The notes: generated from the sequence alone by a model not told the origin. 64,000 nucleotides of DNA from Glaucostegus cemiculus (GCA_976551045.1 CDPCPM010000114.1:7192001-7256000); one strand, 5' to 3'. Counted from the stretch's first letter, positions 1-13,031 are shown. Translations and numbers: made by a program.

Positions 1-202
1 CTGCCAGGGCTGGTGGTGAAGGCAAATATGATAGAGGCGTTCAAGAGGCTCTTAGATAGGCACATGAATGTGCAGAGAATGGAGGGATATGGACATTGTG
101 TAGGCAGAAGGGATTAGTTAGGCATTTAATTACTAGTTTAATTAGTTCGGCACAACAATGTGGGCCGAGAGGTCTGTTCCTGTGCTGTACTGTTCTATGT
201 TA
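1..202 (+). mobile_element. LINE 3' end, CR1-type
   Basis: Ends in gggccgagaggtctgttcctgtgctgtactgttctatgtt, a tail shared with other copies in the window (e.g. ~18020-18058, ~16935-16980). Confidence 0.75.
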
Positions 203-245
203 TTGTTGTTGAAATTTGTCTAATTGCTGTTGTTGCTTGCTGCAG

Positions 246-384
246 GCTGACCTGCCTCCGCTTCCTTCTGACTTGAAAGGGGAAACGTTTTCACATGTGT
301 TTGGCACGAATACTTCGAGTCTTGAACTTCTGCTCCTCAACCGGAAAATCAAGGGTCCATGCTGGCTGGAATTCAAGGCTCCAC
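246..384 (+). CDS. POLA1: POLA1 internal coding exon 1 of 15 in window ([46 protein letters not shown])
   Basis: tgcag acceptor at 244-245, gtgaga donor at 385. 139 nt, ends phase 1. Peptide matches recalled vertebrate Pol alpha p180 ([16 protein letters not shown]...KIKGPCWL). Confidence 0.96.
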
Positions 385-429
385 GTGAGATTTCTGATTT
401 TCCTTTAAACTGTTTCATCTAATTTAAAG

Positions 430-700
430 AAAAGAACTCTCATCTATGCGCCACCTTCTTGATTTCAGTTTATCCCAAATGCTTCACAACAAACATCATG
501 TTTCTGAATTGTCATTAGTATTATAATAGCATCAATATGGCAGCCAATTTATGCTCAGCAAGATGCCAGTAAGATAAAAGGTCATGTTGATTGTGGGATT
601 AATAGTATGTGGTACCTTGTCTTTGAATATTGTTAAGGGACCTAATGGCATCCATTTGAGAGATAGGATGGTATTTCAGTTTAATGTTTCATCTGAAAGG
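430..700 (-). mobile_element. Degenerate Deu-domain SINE (SacSINE1-like)
   Basis: aatatggcagccaatttatgctcagcaag...gtttaatgtttcatctgaaagg resembles the reverse complement of the Deu domain. Similar to 5320-5500 and 29520-29815. Confidence 0.55.
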
Positions 701-3329
701 TCAAACTATTTTTTTCCCACGCCTTTCTTGCCTTCCTCTGCTGAAGTTTCGAAGTTTTGAGTGATACAAGCTCAAGGACATCAGCAGATTATCCCCACTT
801 TACTCCATCGGAAGTACAGAATATCAGATCTCTTCACGGGATCTAACTTCATTGGGGTGATATCAGGCTGCCCCCTCACCCTCACTCCAGGTATGTTTAA
901 GTCCAACTGTACTCAGGTCAGCTACCTCAGCACACACTGCTCTGTTTCACATTTCCTGATGTTGCAAGTTACTAACAGTTTGGCCAATTACCTTTCACCA
1001 TTTCATCCTGACCAGCAGCTGGGCATCAGCAAACTACCAATTAGGCCAAGTTAACAAAAGCTTCAGCAGCTGGTTGTCCTGGGCTAGGCAGAGGTCCCCA
1101 GCCATCCACAAAAGCTCAGCTGCTGGTGTGACTCAATGGTGAGCACTTGTGAAAGGAACCCGGGCTTTACTGTCAACCCTCTGTGTGCTTCACAGGAATG
1201 TGACAAAGATTTCATGAGAGCAGTCAGTTGCAGGTGGACACCAAGGCAAAAGAGATATTGGGACAAAATATGTTGAGGTTAGACGATGGGTTGAGTTGCT
1301 TGGTTAAGAGGTGGAGGGATGATGGAATTTCTTGGATAGAGGATTATCAAGTATAAATGGAGAAAAAGAGCTCAGCAGGTCATGCACAACCCCTTAAGGC
1401 AAAAGAGCAAAGATCCTGGAGTACACCATAGCCAGGAAATCTTCATAATCATGGCTAACCACCAATCTGCCTCCTGAAAGTTAGTGTTCTCTTTCCTTGG
1501 GTACAGGATAGATTTTCTTCAATCAGAAGTATAAATCCATACTTGTTGCACACATTGGCAGTTTGTTTCAGTGATTCACTGTGCCAAGAAATACTTCCTG
1601 GGATTAACTCTAGTTGCATTCCTGCAAATCTTGCAAGTATATGCTGTCCTATTGTGCTCATCAACCTCAAGTAACCTGTCCCTCTGGAGAAAAACAAGCC
1701 CCTCCGATGTTTACAAGTCCTTACTTATTTCCTAATGTATTTGTGTTTCTATAAAATAAATAACCCTAATGTCAGAGAGCTGACCCCCCCACCCCCATGG
1801 GGAAAAATGGCATTTCTGTATCGGGGGACTTAAGCTTGTCACTGCATTTAAGTAAAATAAAATATATTTCAATAGATCTAGCACCAGACCTTAAAAATGT
1901 TTGTTTCGCTAAAACAAATTCAGAACTTCAAAATCATTAAAGGACGTTCATCACTTATTCCTCCAGTCTTTTGATCTAATTGTTTTAAGGAGGATGCCTT
2001 AATGGTAATTTCCCAGTGCTAAACATAACGCTGCATTTGTTCATGTGACTGGGCACTGGCCATGCAAGGATGCATTGTTCTAACTTCTCTTAAGCCAGTC
2101 TGCAACCTATTGATTTTGTCCATTACAAAGTCTGTTCACCCTTTCCTGTTATCTGTGATTTAACATTTTATTCCATGAATGCACTAGCTAAATCATTAAA
2201 CATAACAATTTCACGGGATCTTTTGCCACTCTCCTCATTACAAAGAGGTTGTATGCTTGTATTTCTGCCAAGTAAGCTGGCCTGTCATGCATTGTCTCAC
2301 TTTCTGCACTTACGTATTCTTTCTGAAGAATTGTGTCGGCGTCTAAATCATCAGACATTGCATCAAAAAGTCTGATCTGTTCTATGCTGCAACTTTGAAT
2401 GCGATTGACTTTTTAATACAGGATTTATAGATCAGTTCTGTCTGCAGCAGCTCAATTTGCAGGTGTCAAATATTTTAAAGAAAGTAGTTGTTTTTGCAAG
2501 GACACAGCTGTCAGGTGAAGCAATCATTGGTGATTTTTACTTACTCACATTCTAGCCTTGTGGATTTAGACCACTTGTAGAGCTCAAACTGTTGATCCCT
2601 CTCAGGTGAGCTAATCTCAGTAAGCTTAACCTGGTATCCTCTAATTCTTGTGGCGACGCTCTTGCCCATTGGAGAGTTAATTATAATCTTCCACTTGCTT
2701 TCTCAATTCACTGTGGTCTTATACAAGCAAAATATTTCTTGGCAAATTATTTATGCATTTGAAAATTCAGCTGTAGCATCACATAGCTCATTTAACTTTG
2801 CCTTTAGCACTATTATGATACTCTAAGTGGTCTCTGATTGCTCTGTCAAGATAATTACATAAATATAGGTTTAGAATTTTTCTGTACTCCAGCTCTTTTA
2901 TTGTGCCATCATTGGGAACACACGTAATGCAAGTGGGTCTAAAATCTTTTTTGTTTGCCATTTATTGTGTTTCTCAAACTGTCTGTTTTTGTAACTCCTG
3001 AATTGCCACAAGAAATTCGTGAGAACACATCCAAAAGGCATTACTCTTCCTGTTGATGAAGAGGGATCCTATCCCTGCCTGCCTTTGAACACTTAATATT
3101 GAGAAAGAGGGATTTACTATAAATTCTTTGAATGTGAGCACCACCAGACTATTATGTTCCTCTGTTCCCCATTATTTTGGATGTAACCCAATCTCAATGG
3201 GTGACTGCAATAAATTTGCTGCAAATCTGTCTCCAAGTGGCACTTTTACTGTTGAATAAATATTACCATTATGCTACAATTGGCCCTAAACTTGTCATTG
3301 CTGCCTTTATGTATTTAGAATGGGACATG

Positions 3330-4090
3330 TTGGTATTGGGAGACTCACTGCAGTCAGTTTTGGAGAGATGGAAGTAAGTAGTTTCAGTGATGGCACAGGT
3401 GTGAAGTTTGAAAGTCTGATCTGGGTCTTGGTTAATATCAAGATCATGAGCAGTCCGATTGCCAGTGAAAGAGGAATGGAGTTGGTAGCCAAAGAAAGGA
3501 GTTTGAGATGAGGACTAGAACTACAGTCTTCACAGTGTTCAGTTGGAAGAAGTCTCTCCTTGTCTATTGCTAAATATCAGATAAGCAGTTCGACAATTTA
3601 GAGGCTGAGAAGGATGGAGAAAGCTGGGTGTCTTTGGTTGTATTTGTCGAGACTGGTGTGGTGTTCTCTGAGGAGAGGAAATAAATGAGAAATGGGAAGG
3701 TGGGGTGGAGGCAGATATGGAGGCACCAGAGGTGGTGGCACAGGTGTAAGTACAATTGTTACTGGTGATTCTCTGCCTGTGAGTATATAACGTAGGAATG
3801 GAACTGCACTCACTTGGTTTAAGTCAACTGGGCAACCGTGAGGTATTGGAGGAGGATGGCGATTGAGTGGAAGAGGATTGTGTTTAAAGCTGCGGACAGG
3901 TCAGGAAGGATAATGAGGAGTAGGTTGTCACAACCACATGGTGTGTCATTCGTGGGCTGGTCAGAGCTGTGGTAAGATTGTATATCTGGTTGGAGAGGTC
4001 CAAGAGAAAGAAAAGTATAGCTTGGGGGAAGATTGTATATCCTGGGGTTGTTTTCTTTGGAATCCAAGGCTGAGGGGAGACGAAAGGAAG
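3330..4090 (-). mobile_element. Degenerate L2-clade LINE RT fragments
   Basis: Minus-strand ORF 3819-4067 contains LLIILPDLSAALNTI, resembling the L2 RT motif LLDLSAAFDTI. Otherwise frameshifted. Confidence 0.6.
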
Positions 4091-4109
4091 CTGCGTAAAC
4101 TTATGAGGT

Positions 4110-4400
4110 ACCTGGATAGAGGAAATAGAGAAGGCCTATTTCCCTTGGAGGGATCAAAAACTGGAGGCAGATTTCACAGAAACAGAGGAGTCGTGCTGAA
4201 GATTTTCCTTCCACTCAGAGAGCAGTAGAGGCAGGACCCCTCCATTAATATTTGGGTGTGGACCTGAAGAACAATGACCTACAGGGTCATGAACCAAATG
4301 CCGGAAGGTCAGATTGGACTCTGGTCAATTTTTCTCGACTGAAGCAGATGCTATGGGGCTGAATAGCCTTCTCCAGTGATGTAAAGTTTCTATGGTTCTG
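4110..4400 (+). mobile_element. CR1 LINE 3' fragment
   Basis: Resembles other CR1 3' ends. Tail atggggctgaatagccttctccagtgatgtaaagtttctatggttct. Confidence 0.55.
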
Positions 4401-4678
4401 TGGAATGGTTGGAGGGGTCAAAGGTTGGATTTCTGTGCAGTGACTGTGGGTTTGAGGGAGAGAGGAGTAGTACCTGAGGAGTGAGAACCATCGACAATGT
4501 CAGCTAACGAGATGCTTCAGAAGGAAAGTTGGATGGTCAACAGTACATAGGAATCTGTTTGGCTCAATGCATCATTTTGGCTCAATGGCCTGGAGAAGAA
4601 GGATCATACATGCATGTAAAGTTGAAATTTAACGTGGGTGCTTCTACATAAATATGTCCACTATTGTCATCTTTATAG

Positions 4679-4833
4679 AACTCCCCAATCAACCTATGAG
4701 TTGGTGCAAAGTGGAGGCTGTGGTGCTGAAACCTGATCACCTGACTGTGGTAAAGGATATGGCCCCTCCTCCGCTTATCACGATGTCAATCAGCATGAAG
4801 ACTGTGCAGAATGCCAAAACTCATCAGAATGAG
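4679..4833 (+). CDS. POLA1: POLA1 exon ([52 protein letters not shown])
   Basis: ttatag acceptor, gtaaat donor at 4834. 155 nt, phase 1 to 0. Split codon C|AA gives Gln. Confidence 0.96.
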
Positions 4834-5499
4834 GTAAATGGAGCTTGTGTTTTGATGCATAATGATTGACAATTAACCTTGACTTTTGTCAGCCTCTAAT
4901 TCTAAGACTAGTGGTTTTGGTGTGTTAGTAATAAGCCCAAAGGCTCAATAAGATTGTTTTAGAGTTCAGTTCGCCACATAAAAATGATATCAGAATGGTT
5001 TGCATTTTATGGAGGGTTGAGTTGTGGATTGGTATTCAAAATGTGAATAGAATGGCTTTTGTTCAGAAATATTTAAGCTTGGTGCAAGTTCTCTATCAAC
5101 ATCAACTGGGAAAAGAAAGCAACCAGATTGCCACGCACAAAATAGTATGGACAGATGGAGACTCTCTAGTCTAACTATTTTGTTAGCCATTGCTTTACTC
5201 TAAATAGTTTGCATCTGAACACATGGGGCTAAAGTCTCCATCTGAAACTCAATTGAACGAGATGACAATTGGTTTTTGGCAGTTTGGATCATAAGTAAAA
5301 TGAGTTTATGATACTGAGAGAGGTTTGCATTTATTTAACTCCTTTCATGGCCTTGGATCATTCCCAAAGCTAATCAATTACTGCTGAAATGTAGTCCCTG
5401 TGTAGGGGAGATACATGGCACCTAGTTTGCAGACAGCAAGCTCCCTCAAACAGCATTGTGAAATTGACCAGAGACCTTCCCTTTTGTGATGTTAATTGA

Positions 5500-5910
5500 G
5501 GTTTGCATTATGAGGAAAGGTTGGACAGGCTCTGCTTGTATCCACTGAAGTGAGAGGAGTCTTGATTGAACCAGGCCTGACTGATCTCGATGGATGGATG
5601 TGGAGAGGATGTTTCCTCTTCTGGGAGTGGGGGGGAAGCATTAGAAATAATGAGTAATTCATTAAAGACAGATGAAATGAAATTTTCTTTTCCAGAGGGT
5701 CTTTGGAACTCTTTTCCTCTTAGGATGGCAGAAACACTATTTTTGGGGCAGGGTTAATAGATTCTTGATGTGCAAAGGTTGAAAGGTTACCTGTGGTTGG
5801 TGGGAATGTGAAGGTGAGGTTACAGTTAGATCAGTGATGACCTTATTAAACATCAGAGCAGGCTGCAGGGGCCGTGTGCCCTATTCCTGCTTTAACTCAT
5901 ACGTTCATAT
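5500..5910 (+). mobile_element. CR1 LINE 3' fragment, nested within Deu-SINE remnants (~5320-5500 and ~6010-6120)
   Basis: tatgaggaaaggttggacaggct...ggatgtggagaggatgtttcctct...cagagcaggctgcaggggccg...ctattcctgct. Confidence 0.6.
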
Positions 5911-6645
5911 GGTGACTGTTGTACAATTTGGCCAACACCATCTCTTTGGAATGGTTCTCTGCGAGTTTTCACATCTACCTGCGAAGGGGCTTCTTGACAA
6001 TCATTCACCAGAAAGACCACCCCCTCTCAGTACTGCAATGAAGTGTCAGCCTAGATGTCTTTTGTTGAAATCTCAGAAGTGGGGATTGAACCTTCTGATT
6101 TGTATGCAAGAATGATACCACACGTCGCTTAATACTTGTGTTAAAACTGCAGACTTCACTGGGTTTACACGTTAAATGGAATATAGTAAAAACTTTGGGC
6201 AAATGTTTGATGTTAGATCAGTTTAGAATCAGAATCAGTTTTTATTGTCACTACTATATACACATTCAGTATGCATAGGAGCAAAATACCGTACTCCACA
6301 GATCAAGGTGCTCGTCACATTAAAAAAGAAACAAGCAATGAGAGACACAAAGACAGAAAGACACTAAAAACATTGGAACCACAAAATTAAATAGTGACTC
6401 AAATAAACAATCTTATTATTAATTATTAAGCATTAGTAATGAAACTTTTCTTGTGTTAACATCAGATCCTTCAGACTGATGTTCTCAATAATTTGTGTAC
6501 ACATAAAAATAAAAATGAATCATGGGCAGAGCAAAGCTTGAGGATCTTAGCTGCAATTTACAATGTGGCTATGTGTAATTTAGAGAAGTGCCTTAATGGT
6601 AATCCTGCTAGAGGGATCTTTTTATATCATTTTCTTCTGTTTCAG

Positions 6646-6730
6646 ATTGTGGCCTTGGCAGCTCTAGTTCATCACAAATTTCCTCTGGACAAAGCTGCTC
6701 CCCAATCTCCATTCCAGGCCCACTTCTGTG
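6646..6730 (+). CDS. POLA1: POLA1 exon ([28 protein letters not shown])
   Basis: Pyrimidine tract plus ttcag, gtaggt donor at 6731. 85 nt, phase 0 to 1. Confidence 0.95.
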
Positions 6731-7579
6731 GTAGGTGTTTTCGAGAAAGTATATGACATGAAAATGCATTATTTTATTGGTAAATCATTATTAAAAGCAG
6801 ACCTTGTTTCAGGTCTGGGTTTAAGTTGAGCCAGGACCTATGTAATGAATCATTTGTGTACTGAAATTCGAAGTGAAATGAGTTTTGTTAGTCTCAATCC
6901 ATTTACCAATGGCAATTACTCGTCAGTGTGACATTTCCAGTAATTTAGATTAGTTGCTCTTTGTCCAGAAAGCTCACAAGGAGGCTAGTGCAGAATATTG
7001 GGAATGTCACTGCTGTTTGATGCATATGTTTTTCTAATGTAGGAACAGGTTTTTTAAGTATTGCTGTTGTGCAACCTACTCATAATGTTGACACTAAGTG
7101 CAAAATTAGAAGTTTTTCTTTTCCAGTGCTAATATATTTTGCACAAATTTTCAGATGATCAGTGCTCTGAGTCATTTGCTGTTCAACTGTGTTAAAACAT
7201 TAAATTAAGCCCAATATGGTCATTCTCTCATGTCCATTGATTTCCACATTAGTCCATGTCAGTGAGGATTGGAAGAGCTGTTCAGATGATTTTCTCATTC
7301 ATAGGTATGCTAATAATGTCATGGACATTATTAGCATAATAATGTCATGGACGACCCAAACTTAGGTTCAACTACAGCAGCTGCGGAATTTAAATAAACT
7401 ATTCCAAATTCTGCATGTGACTCCAGATCCACGCCCATTGTGGTTGACTCTTCTGAAATGGTCTGGCAAGCCACTCTGTTTACGGGTACCAGGATTGGTT
7501 AATAAATGCTGATCTTCCAGCAATGCCCAGATACTGAAAAAATGAATAAAACAAAATTAGACTCTGACCAGAAGTACAA

Positions 7580-7750
7580 TATTGCAGATGCTGGAAATCT
7601 GAACTATTAACAGAAAGTATCAGGTGACATGTGCAGAAGGGAAAAGTGAGATTGATGTTTCTGATCTTTGACCTCTCCATCAAAAGAGAACTTGTTTTGC
7701 ATGTAACAGGTTTGAAGAAATGCAGAGACAGGGTTGGGGAGGAAAGATCA
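7580..7750 (-). mobile_element. Degenerate Penelope-derived pLTR element
   Basis: tgcagatgctggaaatctga start. Reverse complement shows an eroded hammerhead region (ttgatggagaggtcaaagatcagaaacatc). Confidence 0.55.
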
Positions 7751-8353
7751 AAAAGGAAAGTTTGTAATGGGATGGGAAATGTAAGTGGATAAATGAACAG
7801 AAAGTCATTACCAGCTGCTTGTGAAATTAGAAACAGTGGCTATGATCCACGATAGTTCAATTTGCTGCTCAGACTAGGAGGCCACAAAGTGCTTCGTTAA
7901 CTCTCAAGTTTTATTGGAGACCAAGGAAAGAGAGGTCAGAAAGGGTGGAGAATCGAGATGATGCGCCTAGAACTGGTATGGCCTGATTTAAGTTATTCAG
8001 CAAAGTGGCGTGTGTTTGCTCAACCAAATGTAGAAGAAACTGGGTTGAGAGCAGAAACCGGGGAATACTAAACAGAACGAAGCTCAATTGAATCACTTTG
8101 TCACTGGAAGAAGTGTTTGGAGCCATGGACATGGGGAATGCAGATGTAATGATCTTGGGTTAAAGTATTACCTAGTCCGTTGAGATTTTGAAGCTCTGAA
8201 TGAAAAGGTCAGCTGGAGGAGTCGAGGTGAATTTTACAATAAAGAGCAAAAATTGGAGGTTTAATTTTGTATGTTCCACTCTTGATATGTAGTTTGGCTT
8301 TGGGTAACAAGAATAAAGACAATACGTTTGATAAAGGCAACTCGAGGCATTTA

Positions 8354-8651
8354 GATACAAGATAAGATATTTATTAGTCACACGTATGTCAAAACACAGT
8401 GAAATAGGTCTTCTTGCATTACTGAGAATGTGCTCGGGGAAGCCCGCAAATGTCGCCACTCTTCTGGTTCCAACATAGCATGCCCACAGCTCCTAACCTG
8501 TACGTCTTTGGAATGTGGATGGAAACCAGAGCACCCGGAGGAAACCCATGCAGACACAGGGAGAACGTACAAACTCCTTACAGGCAGCAGCGGGAATTGA
8601 ACCCAGGTCGCTGGCACTGTAATAGCATTACACTAATCGCTATGCTACCAT
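8354..8651 (-). mobile_element. tRNA-derived V-SINE, tail type B
   Basis: V-domain (rc gggtttcctccgggtgctctggtttcc), B-box-like ggttcaattcc on the minus strand. Possible 7-bp TSD gcattta at 8347-8353 and 8652-8658. Confidence 0.85.
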
Positions 8652-8953
8652 GCATTTAATGATGACATCACCAACAAGCCTGCCTGTCGTCTATCCTTTG
8701 AGTTATGAATATGCTAATAGATCCGACAGCATGGCACAGTTGTATTCCACCAGCATGCATTCAGTTAAATGCCCTATGCTAGAAGCTGGTCATTGTCCTG
8801 AGTGTCAGTGTCTTTGGGAGTGATGAGCTTGGATCTGTGCATCGGGAGAGAATTCATTTCCTTGATTTTCCTATTCATCTGTTAATCATGCTCATAAGAA
8901 GGAAGTCTGTGCTGAAAACCTTGTTAAAATGTTAATGCTTCCTCCCATTCTAG

Positions 8954-9015
8954 CCGTTAGCAAGCCCAGTGACTGCATTTTTCCTTATGATTTCCGGGAG
9001 GCATTGGCAAGAAAA
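8954..9015 (+). CDS. POLA1: POLA1 exon (AVSKPSDCIFPYDFREALARK)
   Basis: ttctag acceptor, gtgagt donor at 9016. 62 nt, phase 1 to 0. Confidence 0.95.
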
Positions 9016-9699
9016 GTGAGTGATTTTTCTCTCTGTCTGTATCACTTCTGTAAAATTATTAATGTGGTGCTTCAAAAGAGAACTTCTATCGCAGTTCTTG
9101 TACAGAATTTATGCTTTTATTTTCTATTTGTATGCATTTTGAATGTGTTAATGGGATTTGAACTGGTCCAGAAAATTACCATCTAATAAATTGATAGATC
9201 TGTATGAAAAACCTTTTGTATTGACAAATGTGCGATGCTGTTAGTGAAAATAAGATTATAATTATCTTCCCTGATCTGCCTTGTGTGGATTTGAGCTTTG
9301 TACATTGGGAAGGTCTTTTCTGGTCCATCACTATCTGCATGAGTTAGTCGGACAGGCGGTAACTTATCAGGGTTGAAAGAAGTAAGCCAATGTGCTCATT
9401 TCTAGTCATAATCCAGTGTTCCCAGAAGTGTGTGCTGGCCAGAGCAGCATTCTCCAGGTGCTGTAGCCTCCTGATACTCACTGAAAGCTGGTGAGGTTCA
9501 GCAGATGACTGAAGTTCCTCAGAGAGGATAACACAGTACTGTTACTTGTTTTGTCAGGAGAGGAGGGTCTGAAGGTTCACATCAAGATGTTAACTTGTTT
9601 GTGCGTTGTACCATTGCTGAGCGACTGAGTTTGAAACGATTGTAGTAACTAATTCATTCTAAAAAAGTGATTGATTTTCCGCAGTACCATGAGTATTCT

Positions 9700-9820
9700 G
9701 CTATTGGTTTTACCCTGTACTACCTCAATGCGCTGTGTAATGAATTGATCTGTACAAATGGTATGCAAGACAAGTTTTTTCACTGTACCTTAGTACAAGT
9801 GACAATAATATACCAATACC
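9700..9820 (+). mobile_element. LINE 3' tail fragment (Rex1/Babar-like, family uncertain)
   Basis: ttttcactgtaccttagtacaagtgacaataa followed by a short repeat. Shares a motif with the type-B SINE tail. Confidence 0.5.
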
Positions 9821-10447
9821 TGTTTTTAAGTTTTAAAATTACTTTTATGTGGCCTGGATGGCATAATGAGTTGAAGTACTTTATTTTTGACTTAAGTTTA
9901 AAAATCACTGAAGTTTTTCGTTACCTTGGTTTTTTACTGATGGGAAATTTTTTTACTGATACCTTTTTGCTGATGCGAACAACATCCAGAAACTGGATTT
10001 TCAGCCTCAGTTCCTAAACTGACCTATCCATCAGCCATGTCAGCTTTTATCAAATAAGCTATTGTCAAATGAAGGAGCAAATCTTCTGAATGAATATACA
10101 CTTCCTATTGAAAGACTTGGCAGTACATAGATAATTAAACTTGTTAGTAGCAGATGTAATGCTTACAAACTTTTGAAATACTTTATGGAGTGGAAAGGAT
10201 TTCTTTAGAAAAACTGGAGATATGTACTGGCTACATCAAAAGTAACAGTAGACTACAATCAGAAAACTTAGGATGAGTTTCAACTGATTGCTTGGGTTCT
10301 CTGAGTAAACCTCCTTCATTTCAACTGGATATTTCGCAATGATCCAGTATCAGGGTGGAGAGGGTGAGTTAACTTGTCTAAATTCTAGACAAAAAGCAGT
10401 TGGTGATTTAATTAAAACTTCTGAGTTGATTTATATCTTGACTTCAG

Positions 10448-10537
10448 AATGGCAAGGTTGAGATTGCTGCTACTGAAAGGACTCTCTTGGGCTTCTTCCT
10501 GGCAAAGATTCACAAGATTGACCCTGATGTCCTTGTG
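10448..10537 (+). CDS. POLA1: POLA1 exon ([30 protein letters not shown])
   Basis: ttcag acceptor, gtgagt donor at 10538. 90 nt, phase 0 to 0. [16 protein letters not shown] lies in the inactive exonuclease domain. Not in the ORF track. Confidence 0.96.
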
Positions 10538-11384
10538 GTGAGTCGAAATTTTTAGTAATATTGTTGAAGATTGCCCCAATGAATCAGGACTATGAAAGCT
10601 CACAGCTACCAGAGCAAAGTGTAGTTACCACAGTAAATATTTAATTACAGAAATGCTGTGGGTTTTATTATATAGATTTACCACTGTATTGATGTGGCAC
10701 AAATCATCCCCAAGTTCTGGAGTGCTGCCTTTTCAGCATCTCTGTGTATCCAAGTACATGTAGGCCAAACAAATTCAGTTGGACCTGCCTCCGAATTTTT
10801 TTTTAAGTTCATGTTAACATCTGACTATATTTGGAATGATTATAAAACTGCTTTTTAAAGTTGCTTCTGATTATTTATTATATTCTTAATTCATCAAAAT
10901 TATTTCTGGAATTTGAGAACAATGTGACCCATTTGGTTTAAATTTTAGCATAATTTGGCAAAAAAAACCCAAATTGAGCAGTTCTGTCCTTGGTAATGTG
11001 GGAAATGAGCAGTCATGGTGTACGCATTCCCTGATGAATGTTGTTTTTGATTAGAACATTGGTTTGCAGAAGGGGGAAGAGCCTTCGGTTAATTGGAGAC
11101 CAGACCCGATAGGATATACATGTATAAAAATCAAAGTATTCATAGTTAACTATAAACTTAGGTTAAGATTAATATAATTGTAAATGATGCAACTTCATGA
11201 TTTTTTTCTGCCCCCATCACTCCCAAGCACCTTTAAGTCTTCCCATCTCTTTGCCTTCCTACCCATCCTTCCAAACTCCACAATTCCTTCCCAAATCCTG
11301 TTATTCCTCTGGTGACTTAGTTTCCACAGGCAGCAGCACCCCTTCAAAATGGCTGCTCCTCATGACTGAGATTCTTTAGTGACT

Positions 11385-11675
11385 GACATAAAGGGCATAG
11401 TGTCAGAATACAGGATGTCCATTGAAGATAGAAATGAGAAGGTATTGCTTCTTTCAGTAGGTTGTGGCTCTTTGGAATTTTCTGCCACTGAGAACTGTGG
11501 AAATGGAGTCATTGGACATATTTAACCCAAAGTTTGCCAATCATTTGAACTGCAAGAACTGTTGGGATAGAGTGGAAAAGTGGTTAAGATTGGACTGGCC
11601 ATGATCTTATCAAAGGGTGGAGCAGGCTTGAGGCGCAAATTAACCTATTGTTGCTCTTGTTCCTTAAGTTCTTCT
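11385..11675 (+). mobile_element. CR1 LINE 3' fragment
   Basis: gggcatagtgtcagaata...tggaattttctgcc...ggccatgatcttatcaaagggtggagcaggcttgagg. Confidence 0.6.
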
Positions 11676-12122
11676 AACTTGTTCAAAATTTGCTGCAGTA
11701 GCAAGCTGCCTGTGGTGGCTGCTCACATACCCATTGACTGCACTTAGCTCAATTGGATCCTGAAGTGGAAATGTCTTGTCATGCTGATTCTTATCACCTC
11801 TTCTCAATGTAAATTCCGTCACCTTGCAGGGTCAGAACAAGCCCAACCAACAGAAATAATGACATCCAATGAACTGCCCTGACTTGGGCAGATGCCAAAG
11901 CGTGAGGCATTGAATGTTTTAAGGTGTCTTTGACATTCTGCAACATTAAAAGTTATTAAAGATTAAGAATATTAATTTTTTTAAATTGCCAAATTAAAGC
12001 ACTTAATAACATGTAAGTAAACTAAATTTAAAAAGTGTTAATTGCCCAGTGCTCCAAACCCATGCAGCCATTCTTTTTTGAAATTAATGGAGCTGCTACA
12101 GCCAGTCGTGATCATTCATTAG

Positions 12123-12713
12123 AAAAACCCAAAAGGACTGCAGATGTTGTAAATCTAAAATAAAAGCAGAAAATGCTGGAAATATTCAGTAGGTCAGGCC
12201 ACATCTGTGGGAGGAGAAACAGAAACGATAGCGGCACGATAGTGTAGCGGTTAGCGCGATGCTGTTACAGCGCCAGCGATCGGGGTTCGATTCCCGTCGC
12301 TGACTGTAAGGAGTTTGTACGTTCTCCCGTGTCTGCCTGGGTTTCCTCCAGGCGCTCCAGTTTCCTCCCACATCCTGAAACGTACGGGTAGGTTAATTTG
12401 AGGGGGGGGTCTTAAAATGGGCGGCGTGGACTCGGAGGGCCGAAAGGGCCTGTTACCACGCTGTAAATTTAGAAAAAAATAAAATAAAAAAAGAAATAAC
12501 ATTTTGTCAGAAGGAAAGGAGCTGCAGGAAGGACAAAAGGACTTGTTAAATTGCTGGGGCTTTAACCCTATCAGATACATCCCTTCCCCCGCTCTCCCTA
12601 AAGCTGAATGAGCTGCTTTTGTCTCCTTCCCTGCTCTGACAAAAACGTTGACTCTGCTTCTCTTCCCACAGATGTGGCCCGACCTATTTCCAGTATTTTC
12701 CGTTTTTATTTTA
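12123..12713. mobile_element. Palindromic Penelope-derived element (inverted pLTR arms) interrupted by a V-SINE
   Basis: Left arm ctgcagatgttg...aatgctggaaatattcagtaggtcaggccacatctgtggga is the reverse complement of right arm ttcccacagatgtggcccgacctatttccagtattttc. Degenerate 13-bp TSD at 12110-12122 and 12714-12726. Confidence 0.7.
12231..12495 (+). mobile_element. Young full-length V-SINE, tail type A (CR1-like tail)
   Basis: A-box tagtgtagcggttagc, B-box ggttcgattcc, V-domain, tail gggccgaaagggcctgttaccacgctgta and an A-rich end. Many CpGs retained. Confidence 0.9.
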
Positions 12714-12914
12714 GATCACTCATAAGCGTTGGGGAATCATGGTTGGCTGCACTTTGAGGTGCGTTAGAAAGCAGCACTTTTGTGTTCTCGTGGGAGACCC
12801 AATCTTCTTGATGCTTAAACAGTGAAATGCTAGCATTTCTGAGGAAAATCTGGGTTATTGTCTTAGCTTGTTGTTGAGTGACATTTTTTAACATCTTTGT
12901 GTACTTGCTTTCAG

Positions 12915-13031
12915 GGCCATGATATTTATGGATTTGACCTTGATGTTCTGCTACAAAGAATTAATGCTTGCAAAGTTCCTCACTGGTCAAAGATTGGTCG
13001 GTTGAGGAGATCTGCTATGCCTAAACTTGGG
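12915..13031 (+). CDS. POLA1: POLA1 exon ([39 protein letters not shown])
   Basis: tttcag acceptor, gtaagg donor at 13032. 117 nt. HWSKIGRL motif. Confidence 0.97.
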
